Positions 35,484-50,700 of a stretch of DNA of 64,000 nucleotides are shown piece by piece. The stretch covers positions 678,837 through 742,836 of the forward strand of contig JBJCIZ010000028.1 in the NCBI GenBank assembly GCA_051294375.1, read 5' to 3'. Position numbers and translations under genes: made by a program. Positions within the stretch are counted from its first letter, which is position 1; each line of letters begins with the position of its first letter. Below the pieces are notes generated by a model. That model worked only from the letters and a program-made list of their open reading frames with translations. It was not told the origin of the DNA and did not search any database. This stretch comes from Paraspadella gotoi. Taxonomy: Eukaryota; Animalia; Chaetognatha.

Positions 35484-38400
35484 CTGACAAAAAAAAACAT
35501 TGATTTCATTTATTTATTTATTTATTCATTTATTTATTCTTTCGTAAGACAACTAATTTTCTTCGGCCCATAGTTTATAGGCGACGGCAATCGCGAAGAG
35601 TCCGGAGATGTTAACGCTGGCGGCGGTGGCGTCGGCGACAGTTCAGAATGTGAAGAGAGATTTTCTCCTTTGCCTCGTTGCGATTTTTGTTGTTCATTTT
35701 CGGGTTTAGATTCCGTTTTATTGATGTTGAGTTGTTCGTGAAAAGTTTTTTAAAAAAAGTTTAGGTGATCTTTTTTTGCAGGCAGTTGATGACAAATCTC
35801 GCAGTGCTTTGAAATTTCCTCTCTGCATATAGCAGCTATTTTGTCTTTTATTGGTTGATATAATCCTGCTTTTTCTGTTTAAAAATTTTTATAGATAAGA
35901 GCTTTTTTGATTCTTAAATCGGCCGGCGCTTGTTTTTTCCTCTTCGTCGTCTGATATGTCAGAATAATGAGGATTGGTTGAGGCCATGATGTCGCGAATG
36001 AGAATGAAAAAGTTTTTTGGCGCGTGCCTCACAAACTTGTGCGCGGTCGTGCAAAATCATTTAGAGCGAAAACATGTTGCGAATCGGGTCTTCTTACAAT
36101 TTACATATTTAAGAACGCGCTGGGCGCGCTCTTTCTCTCGTCTGTGCACATACATGGTGCATGCGTGTAAATGCGTGTAACGCTATTTATTTATTCTTTT
36201 GTAAGACGACTAATTTTCTTCGGCCATAGTTTATAGGCGACGGAGTTCGCGAAGAGTCCGGAAGATGTTACACGCTGGCGGCGGGCGGTGGGGGCGGCGA
36301 CAGTTCAGAATGTGGAAGAGAGATTTTCTCCTTGCCTTGTTGCGACGATAAATCCAAGATCGGAGCGGGCGCTGCCTACTAGAAAACTCGAACAATGATT
36401 AAGGATCAAACGGCATTGTGTGAATAGAGTAGGGTTTTGAAGTTTAAATTAAAGTTGTTATTGATATAACCAGCGGCATTGACGATAATAAATTTAAAAG
36501 ATTTTTCCTAAAAAGTTTTTCATTCTTTTTTTTTTTTTTTGTATTAATATTACAGATTAGTTTCATAGCTAATCAGCAGAGTTATTTTTAAGCTTGGCGA
36601 TTCCTGTTTTCTATTCACGGCGGGGGATGTTGGGGGTAAGTCATAAATAGGTTGAATAACATCCATATCAATATGTCTAGTTTTTTTTATTCGTCTTCTG
36701 CTTCTTCTTCAATAGAAATATCCATAATAATGGAGGGAGAGGCGGGGTTTCATTTCAGCGTCTTGCTTTTCTACAGAGATGAGAGAGCGGCGAGTTAATT
36801 GGCATATTGTGGCCCATAAAAACATCAACTTTCAATGGTTGTGTAAGATTTCATAATGGTTGTGAGAAATTTCTTGTTTGGCCGCTTTGTCTTCGTTGAT
36901 TTCATTTACAGATGCAAAAATAAATGAGAGATTTAGGAATTTCAGGTAAATTGTTTATTGCCTCTATTCCATTTTTATTTAAAACAAGTTATAACATTGA
37001 CAGTCGAGCGTCATCCAGCTTGTTGACAAAACCCATTTACTCGGCCATTATTATTAAAAAAAGTCTTCCACGTAATCTTCCAGGAATCACGCTCAGTGCT
37101 AGTTAAATCGTTATCGATTGAGTTGCTAAAAGCGGATTTCATGATAAAGGGGATTTGAGGTGTTAGAGTAGGGGTTGTGGAGAAATAGAAGACAGATGAT
37201 TGAATCCGAAGTGGTTGTTTGAATCCAGGAAGAAAATCAGCTCTCTCGACACTCGCGGGAGCAGATAGATTCGATCCGCGTCGTAACTATAACGTGTGAT
37301 GGTCCAAACAATTTTTGTTGTTGTTCATTTCGGGTTAGATTCCGTTTATTGATGTTGAGTTGTTCGTGAAAAGTTTTTAAAACAAGTTTAGGGTGGATCT
37401 TTTTTGCAGGCAGTTGATGACAAATCTCGCAGTGCTTTGAAATTTCCTCTCTGCATATAGCAGCTTTTTGTCTTTTTTGGTTGAGATAACTCTCTGCTTT
37501 TTTCTGTTTAAAAATTTTTTATAGATAAATCGTCACAAGAAGCTTTTTTTGGATTCTTCCAAATCGGCCGAGCGTTGTTTTTTCGCTCATTTGTTGTCTG
37601 ATATGTAGAATAATGGGATTGGTTGAGGCATTGATGTCGCGAATGAGAATGAAAAGTTTTTTGGCGCGTGCCTCAGCAAACTTTGCGGCAGTCGTGCAAA
37701 AATCATTAGAGCGTAAACAGGTTGCGCAAATCGGGGTTTCTTCTTAATTTACATATTTCAGACGCGTCGCGCGCTCTTTCTCTCTCTATGTGCACATGTG
37801 CATGACGTGTAAATGCATGCTAAATAAAGTATTATATATGATAATAATATATATATTCGTTTCGTTTTGCTGATATCTTTGATCCTATGTTTATAAATTC
37901 AAATAAAACAAGCCCATTTACCCGACAACTTTTCATTGTCGTCACCTATCTCTTAGCACTTAGTTTTTGTCCGCTTTATTCACCCTTAAAATGATAATAG
38001 TTCACAGTGCAAAAGTTTTCCTCGGTTAAACTGGATAAGTGTTTTTCATTGTTTCAACTAATTCTGTCGTTTCACTTCTCCATTTCAAAAATCTATGGCT
38101 TTCCTATTTTTTTCTGTAAAATTAACTCTAAATTAATTAAAACTAACCATATAAAAAGTAATCGCCTCGCCGATGCGCCTCACTGATGCTCAAGGCTGGG
38201 ATCTACAATGGCACTGTCGTCCATGATCCGTTTTTTGATGTCCAGTCGCCTCTTGCGCAGACAAAGCGATCTCATTTTTTAATATAAAGAGAAAATTAAA
38301 ACAGAGTCTAACGCTTTCCCTGGACCGACTCGTCGAGGAATCAGTCAACCATGCACGCGCCTGTGGATCTTGAATCGGACAGCCCATGATCCGCAATCTT

Positions 38401-41400
38401 TTTTGAACAACCCTTCATGTTGATTTGCGTTTCTACTCTTATGGACCCCCTGCACGCGTCGTATCTTATCCTCACACGCGTAGTACAACATCCCCTTTTC
38501 TACTTTCTCATTTATCTTCTTTTCTCGTACAATTTTAAAGTTCGATGGTTTTAAAGTTTTAAAGTCTGTTGGTTTTTGATATTTCTTTATCGATAAGAAC
38601 TGTAAAAACATAGTCATTTTCCACAATATTTAATACTAAAGTATTAACATTTTACAATGTTAATTTGAATCAAAGGACATTATCGATTACCTAGCATTAA
38701 CATACTTCAGTGTCTCTGATCCGAAAAAGAACAATTGGCGACAAAAAAAGTGGCACAAAATGAAAATCGGATCGGCGACACGGGTGGATCGCGGTCCTTC
38801 GGTAAATTTGACCATTCAGAGTTCGAGTCAAATTAAGCATCTCCAATTTGCTAACGCGTTTTTGGTCACCAAAAAATCGGATCGAGTGCTCGTCTTGACA
38901 AAAAAATAGACCAATGAAAAACGACGAAACATTTTCATTGGTCTACGCCCCTATATAAGGGCAAATAAAAAATAAAAAAATTCAAAATATAAGATGAAAG
39001 AAAAAATATTAAAAATGATAATTAATATTTAAAATCATCAAATAACGTTCTCATATCTCAATATTATCATTAACACAGAAAACGAGAAAATGAGTTATAA
39101 AATTTCACAATGATTAATCTCCAAAGCGAGAACGAAATCAATCAACAGAAAGTCTCGGCGAAAACGCACACAAAGTCAGGGGTCTATATCTCGCTTTCCC
39201 CAGTTTCGTCATTGTTCCATACAAGACGGTGTTGTCGTCTTTATTACTAGCTCCTGTAATAACTGACGAATCTAATTTAGCCTAATATATTAAAAGAGGA
39301 TTGAGTATTCATTAATGATTATATTAAGTAACATGAAACAAACGAAAATAAAAACGGGAGAGAATTACAAATTGTTACTCGCCAAAATCACGACTAAAGA
39401 ATTACAAGCGATCGAGAACTAAAAAGCGTTTTGTTTACAATTCAGCGAAGGCCAATACTTTTGTAAATAAAGAAACGAAGCCGAAACGAAAACAACTCTT
39501 TGATATTCTGACAGTGTCTGATCGGAGGGCCGAACAAATGATTAACCCACTCCATCGCCGCGTTATGTGCGTGCCAAAACCGGAGTTCTAACGGGGTAGC
39601 ACCCATGAGAAAAACATCTCGGTCGCACGTAGAGCAAGGAGGACATCAGATCTCCTACGGAGGAACATGCATCCTCTCCACCATGATGCGTGAGAAGTAA
39701 TCCACATCCAGTAAGAAATCTGGGTGAGGGTCGTATGAATGTACTTCGCGAATGTTTTGGGTACATCTGACCGTCGGAATGAACTCCATCCAGAATCCCA
39801 GGATGTCACCCTAACTCTGAGACGGCCCACTGCCATGTCGTCCCAGGAACGGCCAAGCCCAGTGCGAAAGCGTTGCCATCTCTGAGCAACGCCCATTGTC
39901 CAGCAAAACAACGCCGAGAGCTTCGCTCGGCCATGACGAGAAGTATCTCTTCGCCGTGTCGTCGCAGAGACGTAAGTCATACATTCGTTCCCAGTAATAC
40001 CCAGGAGTAATCTGCATCCTGGTAATGTTAATGGCCGACTCTGTGGTCAGCATCGAGTCCATAAGCCTCGGGATGGGATACCCATGGCACCGAACATGAG
40101 TCGGTCTGCCATTGAAACGGGTCAGGATGAACTGGGCGTTAGACTTCCCTCGACGCCATAGAACGACTCTATCGAATTCATAGAGCCGGTGTATTGAAAC
40201 GGAAGCGCAATTCGTAAAATATCCGTAAGCGAAACTAAAAAAAAATAATTCGAGATTAGGCAGAGGTCACTCCGCAAACAAAACCAAAACTCAAAGAAAA
40301 ACGAAAAAAATGTAAACGTAAAACGAAATGATATTTCCAAAAACGCAGCGATCGCTGGCAAGAAGAACGCAAAAATTCAAAAATCTCCAATGATACAAAA
40401 ATTCCAGAAAATATACCATCTCGGAGGGATGGATGACCGCATCCATCAAATGCAACGAGACAGTCCGTTTTTCATTGGAGGCCTTCGGACCCTCCGGAAA
40501 TGTGTAAAAAAATTAAAAATTTATCGAAAGGTCATTATTTATTTAAAAAATGTATTTCTGCCCCTACATTCGACAAACGTCATATATAGCGACAAAGAGA
40601 AAATTCTATAGCGCATTCTCGTCGATATGCAGGGGAAACCAGGTTTATCCTCTAACCTAATTTATAAATATCATACGGATTAACGTCTACGTCGACGTCG
40701 CTTCACGTGAAACGAAGGGTCGAGTTTAACATCTACACGCGCAGATGTGAGACTACCCGGGGAATACCCACTTAAATACTTATAATTATCACTTACATAT
40801 ACATACAAATATCACTCACCCAACCCCACTTAAGCAGCGGTAGCGCACAGAAACTGGGGACCGAACAAATCGATGCCACCATGTCACTATACTCTAGCTA
40901 CGAGATAGTTTTCTGACGAATTCTCTTGGCCTATATTAAAACACAGGGGTTTTTTAATATCTATTGTAATATATAGTTCAACAGATACAAAATAATATTT
41001 AAAGGGAAACGTTTCCTTCGGAGCCACGGCTAAACTACCCAGTTTACAGGACAGAATCGGCGAAGTACAATATGTTTACAAATAATCACTTTTACATTTA
41101 CAATTGGCTGAAAGGTAAAGAAAGGAAAAATACAGAACCGACATTTGATTCGGTTGCACCTCGATATTCTGACAGAATCACAAACGGAGAATTTGTCGAG
41201 CCAATCGGGTTGCGAGGCAGCGAACCTCCCTGGACTCGATCGTCGACACCGTCTGCGCCAACCAACGCGATAGGAGAGAATTTCTGACAACCAGCTGGTT
41301 GCGAACGCCAATTTTTGCGCCACTCGATCATCTCATTTTCCCGGCCAACTGAAATGGGCGAGAATTTTGAAAAACCAATGAGCATTTACCTACCCCCCCG

Positions 41401-41760
41401 GCTGCCGTCGATGCCTTTGTCGACTGTGCCGACGTATCACGAGAAGTGAAAATTTTGAAAACCAATTGGAAGGCAGGATGCCTCGCCTTTTAATCGGTAA
41501 ATCTAAGAATTTGGAAATTCTCAGAAAAGCTTAGCGTCAGTATAAAAGGTCGTTATAGACAAATTTTCCTTTTTTTTTTAAATGGGAGAGAGAGTGACAA
41601 ACTTGTCACGTGACTCGCTCCGCGGTCAATTGAATCCGAGTCCACCAAACTTTCTATAGTCGAATATAACTGCGTTAAAAGCATCACCGGAGAGAGAGGG
41701 AATGATGATGATTAACCCCCCTATCCCTTTCACCTTGGCTATTCCCGGGGCCTCCTTCTC

Positions 41761-44700
41761 TCTCTGAGAGAGAGAGAGACAATTATAGAAAGAGAGAAAC
41801 ACAGAGAGAGAGAATTATAGAAAGAGAGAAACAGAGAAAGAGAGAGAGAAAGAAAGAGAGAAACAATTATAGAAAGAGAAAGAGTATTATAGAAAGAGAG
41901 AGAAACAGAGAGAGAGGGAGAGAGAGAGAGACAATTATAGAAAGAGAGAAACAGAGAGAGAGAGATAGAATTACAATAGAAAGAGAGAAAAGAAAAAGAG
42001 AGAAACAGAGAGAGAGAATTATAGAAAGAGAGAAACAGAGAGAGAGAGAGAGACAATTATAGAAAGAGAGAAACAGAGAGAGAGAGAGAGAAAGAGAGAG
42101 AGAATTATAGAAAATCAAAATATATAAAATTATTACACAATTTAAACAATTAATTTACATTTTTAAAACAATTCAAATCAAAAGTTTTAAAAAATCATTA
42201 AAATCAAAAGTTTCTAAAATCATTAAAATCAAAAGTTTCTAAAATCATTAGGAATCAAAAGTTTCTAAAATCATAAGGAATCAAAAGTTTCTAAAATCAT
42301 TTAAAACAAAAGTTCTCGTTTTTGCAGTAACCCTTTTTTTTACTTTTTATAATATCTTTTAAACTGTCTAATGATTTCTTCCTTCGTGTCTTTTTCATCC
42401 TCGACGTAGATGTATCTGTAGCCGCACACTTGCTCGAAGTCGTCCTCATCATCGGAGTTATCGACCTCATCTCCGAGGTCTAACCTCCCGTACACACGAC
42501 GGCGTTCGAGAAGAACGCCACCCCGTCCGATTTGTTGAGGATTCCGTTTCTCACGTCCCTCCACGATGTTGTGGAGGTAGTGAGGTTTTCCCTTATCACT
42601 CTCCGAGTGATCCGATACGTCGAGGCTGGATATGTGAAAACAAAAAAAACATTTATTAAAAAAAAAAAAATTGCATTTGTATTTAAAAGTGTACATATAG
42701 AAAAGAAACACAACTCTCACATGTCATCAATTTTGGCGATTTGGTTTTTAAACTTGCCGAGCAAGAATTTTGTCGTAAGTTCGAAAGAAGGCTGCCCGGT
42801 GGAGACACCTGACAAAAAAAAACATTGATTTCATTTATTTATTTATTTATTCATTTATTTATTCTTTCGTAAGACAACTAATTTTCTTCGGCCCATAGTT
42901 TATAGGCGACGGCAATCGCGAAGAGTCCGGAGATGTTAACGCTGGCGGCGGTGGCGTCGGCGACAGTTCAGAATGTGAAGAGAGATTTTCTCCTTTGCCT
43001 CGTTGCGATTTTTGTTGTTCATTTTCGGGTTTAGATTCCGTTTTATTGATGTTGAGTTGTTCGTGAAAAGTTTTTTAAAAAAAGTTTAGGTGATCTTTTT
43101 TTGCAGGCAGTTGATGACAAATCTCGCAGTGCTTTGAAATTTCCTCTCTGCATATAGCAGCTATTTTGTCTTTTATTGGTTGATATAATCCTGCTTTTTT
43201 CTGTTTAAAAATTTTTATAGATAAGAGCTTTTTTGATTCTTAAATCGGCCGGCGCTTGTTTTTTCCTCTTCGTCGTCTGATATGTCAGAATAATGAGGAT
43301 TGGTTGAGGCCATGATGTCGCGAATGAGAATGAAAAAGTTTTTTGGCGCGTGCCTCACAAACTTTGCGCGGTCGTGCAAAATCATTAGAGCGTAAAACAT
43401 GTTGCGCAATCGGGTTCTTCTTAATTTACATATTTAAGACGCGCGGGCGCGCTCTTTCTCTCTCTGTGCACATACATGTGCATGCGTGTAAATGCGTGTA
43501 AACGCTATTTATTTATTCTTTTGTAAGACGACTAATTTTCTTCGGCCCATAGTTTATAGGCGACGGAGTTCGCGAAGAGTCCGGAGATGTTAACGCTGGC
43601 GGCGGCGGTGGGGGGACAGGATTAGAAGTGAAGAGAGATTTTCTCCTTTGCCTTGTTGCGACGAATAAATCCAAGAATCGAGCGGGCGCTCCTCCAAAAA
43701 TCTCGACAATGATAAGGATCAAACGGCATTGTGTGAATAGAGTAGGGTTTGAAGTTTAAATTAAAGTTGTTATTGATATAACCAGCGGCATTGACGATAA
43801 TAATTTTAAAGATTTTCCTAAAAAGTTTTTTCATTCTTTTTTTTTTTTTTTTTTGTATATAATATTACATGATTAGTTTCATACTAATCAGAGCAGTTTA
43901 TTTTTAAGCTTTGGCGATTCCGTTTTCTATTCCGGCGGGGGAGTTGGGGGTAAGTCATAAATAGGTTGAATAACATCCATATCAATAAGTTCTAGTTTTT
44001 TTATCGTCTTCTGCTTCTTCTTCAATAGAAATATCCATAATAATGGAGGGAGAGCGGGGTTTCATTTCAGCGTCTTTTCTACAGAGATGAGAGAGGGCGA
44101 GTTAATTGGCATATTGTGGCCCATAAAAACATCAACTTTCAATGGTTGGTAGATCTTCTAATGGTTGTAGAAATTTTCTTGTTGTCCGCTTTGTCTTCGT
44201 TGATTCATTTACAAGATCAAAATAAATGAGAGATTTAGGAATTTCAGGTAAATGTGTTATTGCCTCTAGTTCCATTTTTAATTTAAACAGTTATAACATG
44301 ACAGTCGACGTCATCCACTTGTTGACAAAACCATTTACTTCGCCATATTTAAAAAAAAGTCTTCCACGTAATCTTCCAGGAAATCACGCTCACTGCTAGT
44401 TAAATCAGTTATCGATTGAGTTGCTAAAGCGGATTCATGAAAAGGGGGGATTTGAGGTGTTAGAGTAGGGGTTGTGGAGAAATAGAAGAAGATGATGAAT
44501 CCGAAGTGGTGTTTGAATCCGGAAAAAATCAGCTCTCTCGACACTCGCGGGAGCAGATAGATTCGATGCCGCGTCGTCAACTATAACGTGTGATGGTCCA
44601 AACAATTTTTGTTGTTGTTCATTTTCGGGTTTAGATTCCGTTTTATGATGTTGAGTTGTTCGTGAAAAGTTTTTAAAAAAAGTTTAGGTGATCTTTTTTG

Positions 44701-47700
44701 CAGGCAGTTGATGACAAATCTCGCAGTGCTTTGAAATTTCCTCTCTGCATATAGCAGCTATTTTGTCTTTTATTGGTTGAGATAATCCTGCTTTTTTCTG
44801 TTTAAAAATTTTTATAGATAAATCGCACAGAGCTTTTTTGATTCTCAAATCGGCCGGCGCTTGTTTTTTTCCTCTTTGTTGTCTGATATGTCAGAATAAT
44901 GAGGATGTTGAGGCCATGATGTCGCGAATGAAATGAAAAAGTTTTTGGCGGTGCCTCACAAACTTTGCGCAGTCGTGCAAAATCATTAGAGCGTAAAACA
45001 GGTTGCGCAATCGGGTTCTCCTTAATTTACATATTTCAGACGCGCGCGCGCTCTTTCTCTCTCTATGTGCACATGTGCATGCGTGTAAATGCATGCTAAA
45101 TAAAGTATATATAATAAATAATATATAATTTTCTTTTTGCTGATATCTTGATCCTATGATTATAAATCAAATACAAGCCCATTTACCCGACAACTTTTCA
45201 TTGTCGTCACCTATCTCTTACACTTAGTTTTTTGTCGCTTATCCCTTAAAAATGACTAATAGTTCACAGTGCAAAAGTTTTCCTCGGTAAACTGATAAGT
45301 TTTTTCCATTGTTTTCAACTAATTCTTTCGTTTCACTTTCTCCATTTCAAAATCATGGCTTTCCTATTTTTTTCTGTAAATATACTTCTAAATTAATTAA
45401 AACTAACCATATAAAAAGTAATCGCCTCGCCGATGCGCCTCACTGATGCTCAAGGCTGGGATCTACAATGGCACTGTCGTCCCATGTCCAGTTTTTTTGA
45501 TGTCCAGTCGCCTCTCTGCGCAGACAAAGCGATCTCATTCTTTTAATATAAAGAAAATTAAAAACGATCTAACCTTTCCCTGACCGACTCGTCGAGGAAC
45601 AGCAACACTGCGGCCCTGTGGATCTTGAACGGACAGCCCATGATCCCAATCCTTTTTGAACAACCCTTCATTGATTGCGTTTCTACTCTTGTGGACCCCT
45701 GCAACGCTCGATCTTATCCCAACACGCGTAGTACAATCCCCTTTTTACTTTCTCCATTTTCTTCTTTTCTCGTACAATTTTAAAGTTCGATGGTTTTAAA
45801 GTTTTAAAGTCTGTTGGTTTTTGATATTTCTTTATTCGATAAACTGTAAAAACATAGTCAATTTTCCACAATATTTAATACTAAAGTATTAACATTTTAC
45901 AAATGTTAATTTGAATCAAAGGACATTATTCGATTACCTAGCATTAACAATACTTCAGTGTCTTGATCCGAAAAAAAAATTGCGACAAAAAAAGTCACAA
46001 AATGAAAATCGGATCGGCGACACGGTTGGATCGCGGTCCTTCGGTAAATTTGACCATTCAGAGTTCGAGTTCAAAATTAAGCATCTCCAATTTGCTAACG
46101 CGTTTTTGGTCACCAAAAAATCGGATCGAGTGCTCGTTTGACAAAAAAAATAGACCAATGAAAAACGACGAACATTTCATTGGTCTACGCCCCTATATAA
46201 GGGCAAATAAAAAATAAAAAAATTCAAAATATAAGATGAAAGAAAAAATATTAAAATAATGAAATTAAATATTCTAAATCATCAAATAACGTTCTCATAT
46301 CTCAATATTATCAATTAACACAGAAAACGAGAAAATGAGTTATAAAATTTCACAATGATTAATCCCAAAGCGAGAACGAAATCAATCAACAGAAGTCTCG
46401 GCGAAAACCGCACACAAAGTCAGGGGTCTATATCTCGCTTTCCCCAGTTCGTCATTGTTCCATACAAGACGGTGTTGTCGTCTTTATAACTAGCTCCTGT
46501 AATAACTGACGAATCTATTTAGCCTAATATATTAAAAAGAGGATTGAGTATTCATTATGATTATATTAAGTAACGTGAAACAAACGAAAATAAAACGGGA
46601 GAGAATTACAAATTGTTACTCGCCAAAATCACGACTAAAGAATTACAAGCGATCGAGAACTAAAAAGCGTTTTGTTTACAATTCAGCGAAGGCCAATACT
46701 TTTGTAAATAAAGAACGAGGCCGAAACGAAAACAACTCTTGATATTCTGACAGTGTCTGTATCGAGGGCCGAACAAATGATTAACCCACTCCATCGCCGC
46801 GTTATGTGCGTGCCAAAACCGGAGTTCTAACGGGGTAGCACCCATGAGAAAAAACATCTCCGGTCGCACGTAGAGCAAGGAGGACATCAGATCTCCTACG
46901 GAGGGAACATGCATCCTCTCCACCATGATGCGTGAGAAGTAATCCACATCCAGTAAGAAATCTGGGTGAGGGTCGTATGAATGTACTTCGCGAATGTTTT
47001 GGTACATCTGACCGTCGGAATGAACTCCATCCCAGAATCCCAGGATGTCACCCTAACTCTGAGACGGCCCACTGCCATGTCGTCCAGGAACGGCCAAGCC
47101 CAGTGCGAAGCGTTGCCATCTCTGAGCAACGCCATTGTCCAGCAAAACACGCGAGAGAGCTTCTGCTCGGCCATGACGAGAAGTATCTTCTGCCGTGTCG
47201 TCGCAGAGACGTAAGTCATACATTCGTTCCCAGTAATACCCAGGAGTAATCTGATCCTGGTAATGTTAATGGCCGACTCTGTGGTCAGCATCGAGTCCAT
47301 AAGCCTGGGATGGGATACCCATGGCACGCGACATGAGTCGGTCTGCTCTATTGAAACGGGTCAGGATGAACTGGGCGTAGACTTCCCTCGACGCATAGAA
47401 CGACTCTATCGAATTTCATAGAGCCGGTGTATTGAAACGGAAGCGCAATTCTGAAAATATCCTTAAGCGAAACTAAAAAAATAATTCGAGATTAGGCAGA
47501 GTCACTCCGCAAACAAAACAAAACTCAAAGAAAAACGAAAAAATAGTAAACGTAAAACGAAATGATATTTCCAAAAACGCAGCGATCGCTGGCAAGAAGA
47601 ACGCAAAAATTCAAATCTCCAGACTGATACAAAATTCCAGAAAATATACCATCTCGGAGGGATGGATGACCGCATCCATCAAATGCAACGAGACAGTCCG

Positions 47701-50700
47701 TTTTTCATTGGAGGCCTTCGGACCCCCGGAAATGTGTAAAAAAATTAAAAATTTATCGAAAGGTCATTATTTTTTAAAAAATGTATTTCTGCCCCTACAT
47801 TCGACAAAGCTCATATATGCGACAAAGAGAAAATTTCTATAGCGCATTCTCGTCGATATGCAGGGGAAACCAGGTTTATCCTCTAACCTAATTTATAAAT
47901 ATCATACGGATTAACGCTACGTCGACGTCGCTTCACACGTGAAACGAAGGGTCGAGTTTAACATCTACACGCCGCAGATGTGAGACTCCCGGGGAATACC
48001 CACTTAAATACTTATAATTATCACTTACATATACATACAAATATCACTCACCCAACCCCACTTAAGCAGCGGTAGCGCACAGAACTGTGGGGACCGAACA
48101 AAGTCGATGCCACCATGTCACTATACTCTAGCTACGAGATAGTTTTCTGACGAATTCTCTTGGCCTATATAAAACACAGGGGTTTTTAATATCTATTGTA
48201 ATATATAAGTTCAACAGATACAAAATAATATTTAAAGGGAAACGTTTCCTTCGGAGCCACGGCTAAAACTACCCAGTTTACAGGACAGAATCGGCGAAGT
48301 ACAATATTGTTTACAAATAATCACTTTTACATTTACAATTGGCTGAAAGGTAAAGAAAAGGAAAAATACAGAACCGACATTTGATTCGGTTGCACCTCGA
48401 TATTCTGACAGAATCACAAACGGAGAATTTGTCGGAGCCAATCGGGTTGCGCGAGGCGCGAACCTCCCTGGACTCGATCGTCGACACGTCTCGCCAACCA
48501 ATCGCGATAGGAGAGAATTTCTGACAACCAGTCTTGGTTGCGAGACGCCAATTTTTGCGCCACTCGATCTATCTTCATTTTCCCGGCCAACTGAAATGGG
48601 CTGAGATTATTGAAAACCAATGAGCATTTCCTACCCCCGGCTGCCGTCGTTGCCTTTTGTCGACTGTGCCGACTTATCACGAGAAGTGAAATATTTTTGA
48701 AAACCAATTGGAAGGCAGGATGCCTCGCCTTTATAATCGGTAAATCTAAGAATTTGAAAATTCTCAGAAAAGCTTAGCGTCAGTATAAAAGGTCGTTATA
48801 GACAAATTTTCCTTTTTTTTTTAATGGGAGAGAGAGTGACAAACTTGTCACGTGACTCGCCTCCGCGGTCAATTGAATCCGAGTCCACCAAAACTTTCTA
48901 TAGTCGAATATAACTGCGTTAAAAGCATCAACCGGAGAGAGAGGGGATGATGATGATTAACCCCCCTATCCCTTTCACCTTGGCTATTCCCGGGGCCCCT
49001 CCTCTCTTTCACTCTCCTATCTCTCTCTCTCCTTCTCTCTCTTTCTCCCTCTCTCTCCCTCTCTCACTCTCTCTCCTCTCTCTCTCTCTCTTTTATACCT
49101 CTCCTCTCTCTTTCCCTCACTCTAACTCACCCTCGCTCTTTTTTTTTCCTTGCACCGCTGTTTTACCCACCATTCCTTATCAATAGCATCTCGACTATAT
49201 CTGTCGAGATAACGGTCTGACCGTCTCGGTTCATCTGTCGCCTCCTGTCTTCCCATTTGACCACGTCTCACCATCTGAACTTCTCACCCATCCCAACTTT
49301 TAACCCTCACCCCAAAAACTAAGGTAATTCTGTAATAGTACAAAAATATACAATTGAGAAGCATTGCGGAGAGAGAGTACCGGTAGTTAACGATGGCGTT
49401 CCTGTCGCTCTGATCCGCGTCGCGAGTAAGAGGCGACTTCGGCGTCCGTGGCGAGTTCTACTTCTTCCTCCTCAGTCGTACGTCTCTGGATCGTCGTCGT
49501 CTATGAGGAGAGCGTCTTCCTCGACGTCTTCCTCTCCGCAACCCCCTCCTTCTTCGTAATCGGGGGGCCGGTTCGTTCGTCGTCGTCTCCTTTTCGTAAT
49601 CGGGTCCGGTTCGTCGCCGTTGGAGGAAGAAGAGACCGGATTCCGGTCTCCTTGTTGGGCTTCCTGGTCGTCCTATGGCGTTAGACCCTAGACTAGCTTC
49701 TCTAGGGTATTGATTTGTCCCTCTAAGGTACCCACGTATGCACTGTGGCATTCCCTTCCTAGAAAGGTAATACAGAAAAGGCTGAATAATAAGTCAAAAA
49801 TTAATTATCGCAAGGAAATCATTTCGTTCTATCCATTTATTGTACAGATTATAAAAGGAAAAATAAGACTCACCAGAGTTGATCAAGCGCAGTGTCATTG
49901 TACGCCACTTTCTGAGTCTTGAGCAAATGACGTCGTTGACTGTCTGGACCAAAAAAAATTGGGAAACAAAAAAGAAGAGAAGGAGTTGCTAAACAAATTT
50001 ATATCAAAGATACATTTAATTATTTAAAAATCCTAATCTATATTTTCCTTACCTTACTGAGTCCATGAATTTTAGCAAATCCTTCCTATTGTGGCAAATG
50101 TTTTTTTTTGCGTTGATTGCTCATCACAATCTGTAAAACAAAAAAATAATTAAAAAAAGACAAAGTAACTATCGTAAATATTGACCTAGTTTATAGCACA
50201 AAACAATTGATTCAATGCAAAACAAAGATACTTACAATCTTTGTTTCATTTTGGCAATTTCTTCTCTCACACTAATGACCGTTACTTCTTTCCACGTGGT
50301 TGGTTCCACTTGACCGTCAACATTTTTTTTCTACCAAAAAAATAGAAAATCGAAGTCTTGAAAAATGGCAGTTAAAAAAAAATTAAACAACTGAGACCAA
50401 AGGCGTATGTCATTGTGGTTACTTTTAAGTTTGAAGTGGTTTTTGTCCAAAGAAAGACGTGGACTGACAGACCGATGGATGGATACGAGAGATTAAAAGC
50501 AAACCTAATGAGTAAAGTAGAAAAAAAAGATAAGAAAAAAAAATCAACCGAGACCAAAGGCATGTGTCATTGTGGTTACTTACTTTGAGTTTGTCCGGTA
50601 TTTTGCTTTACTAGGAAGACGGATAACTGACGAGGCCGGTGGATGGATTGATGGAGGGTGAGAGTGGAAGTCTTCTCGCTCGATGTAGCCAACGACGAAG

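Larger units (their letters stand above)
34440..41760. repeat. Cassette copy 1 (about 7.3-kb period)
   Basis: Collinear with about 41765-49005 (35016 vs 42340; 40181 vs 47419). Confidence 0.9.
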
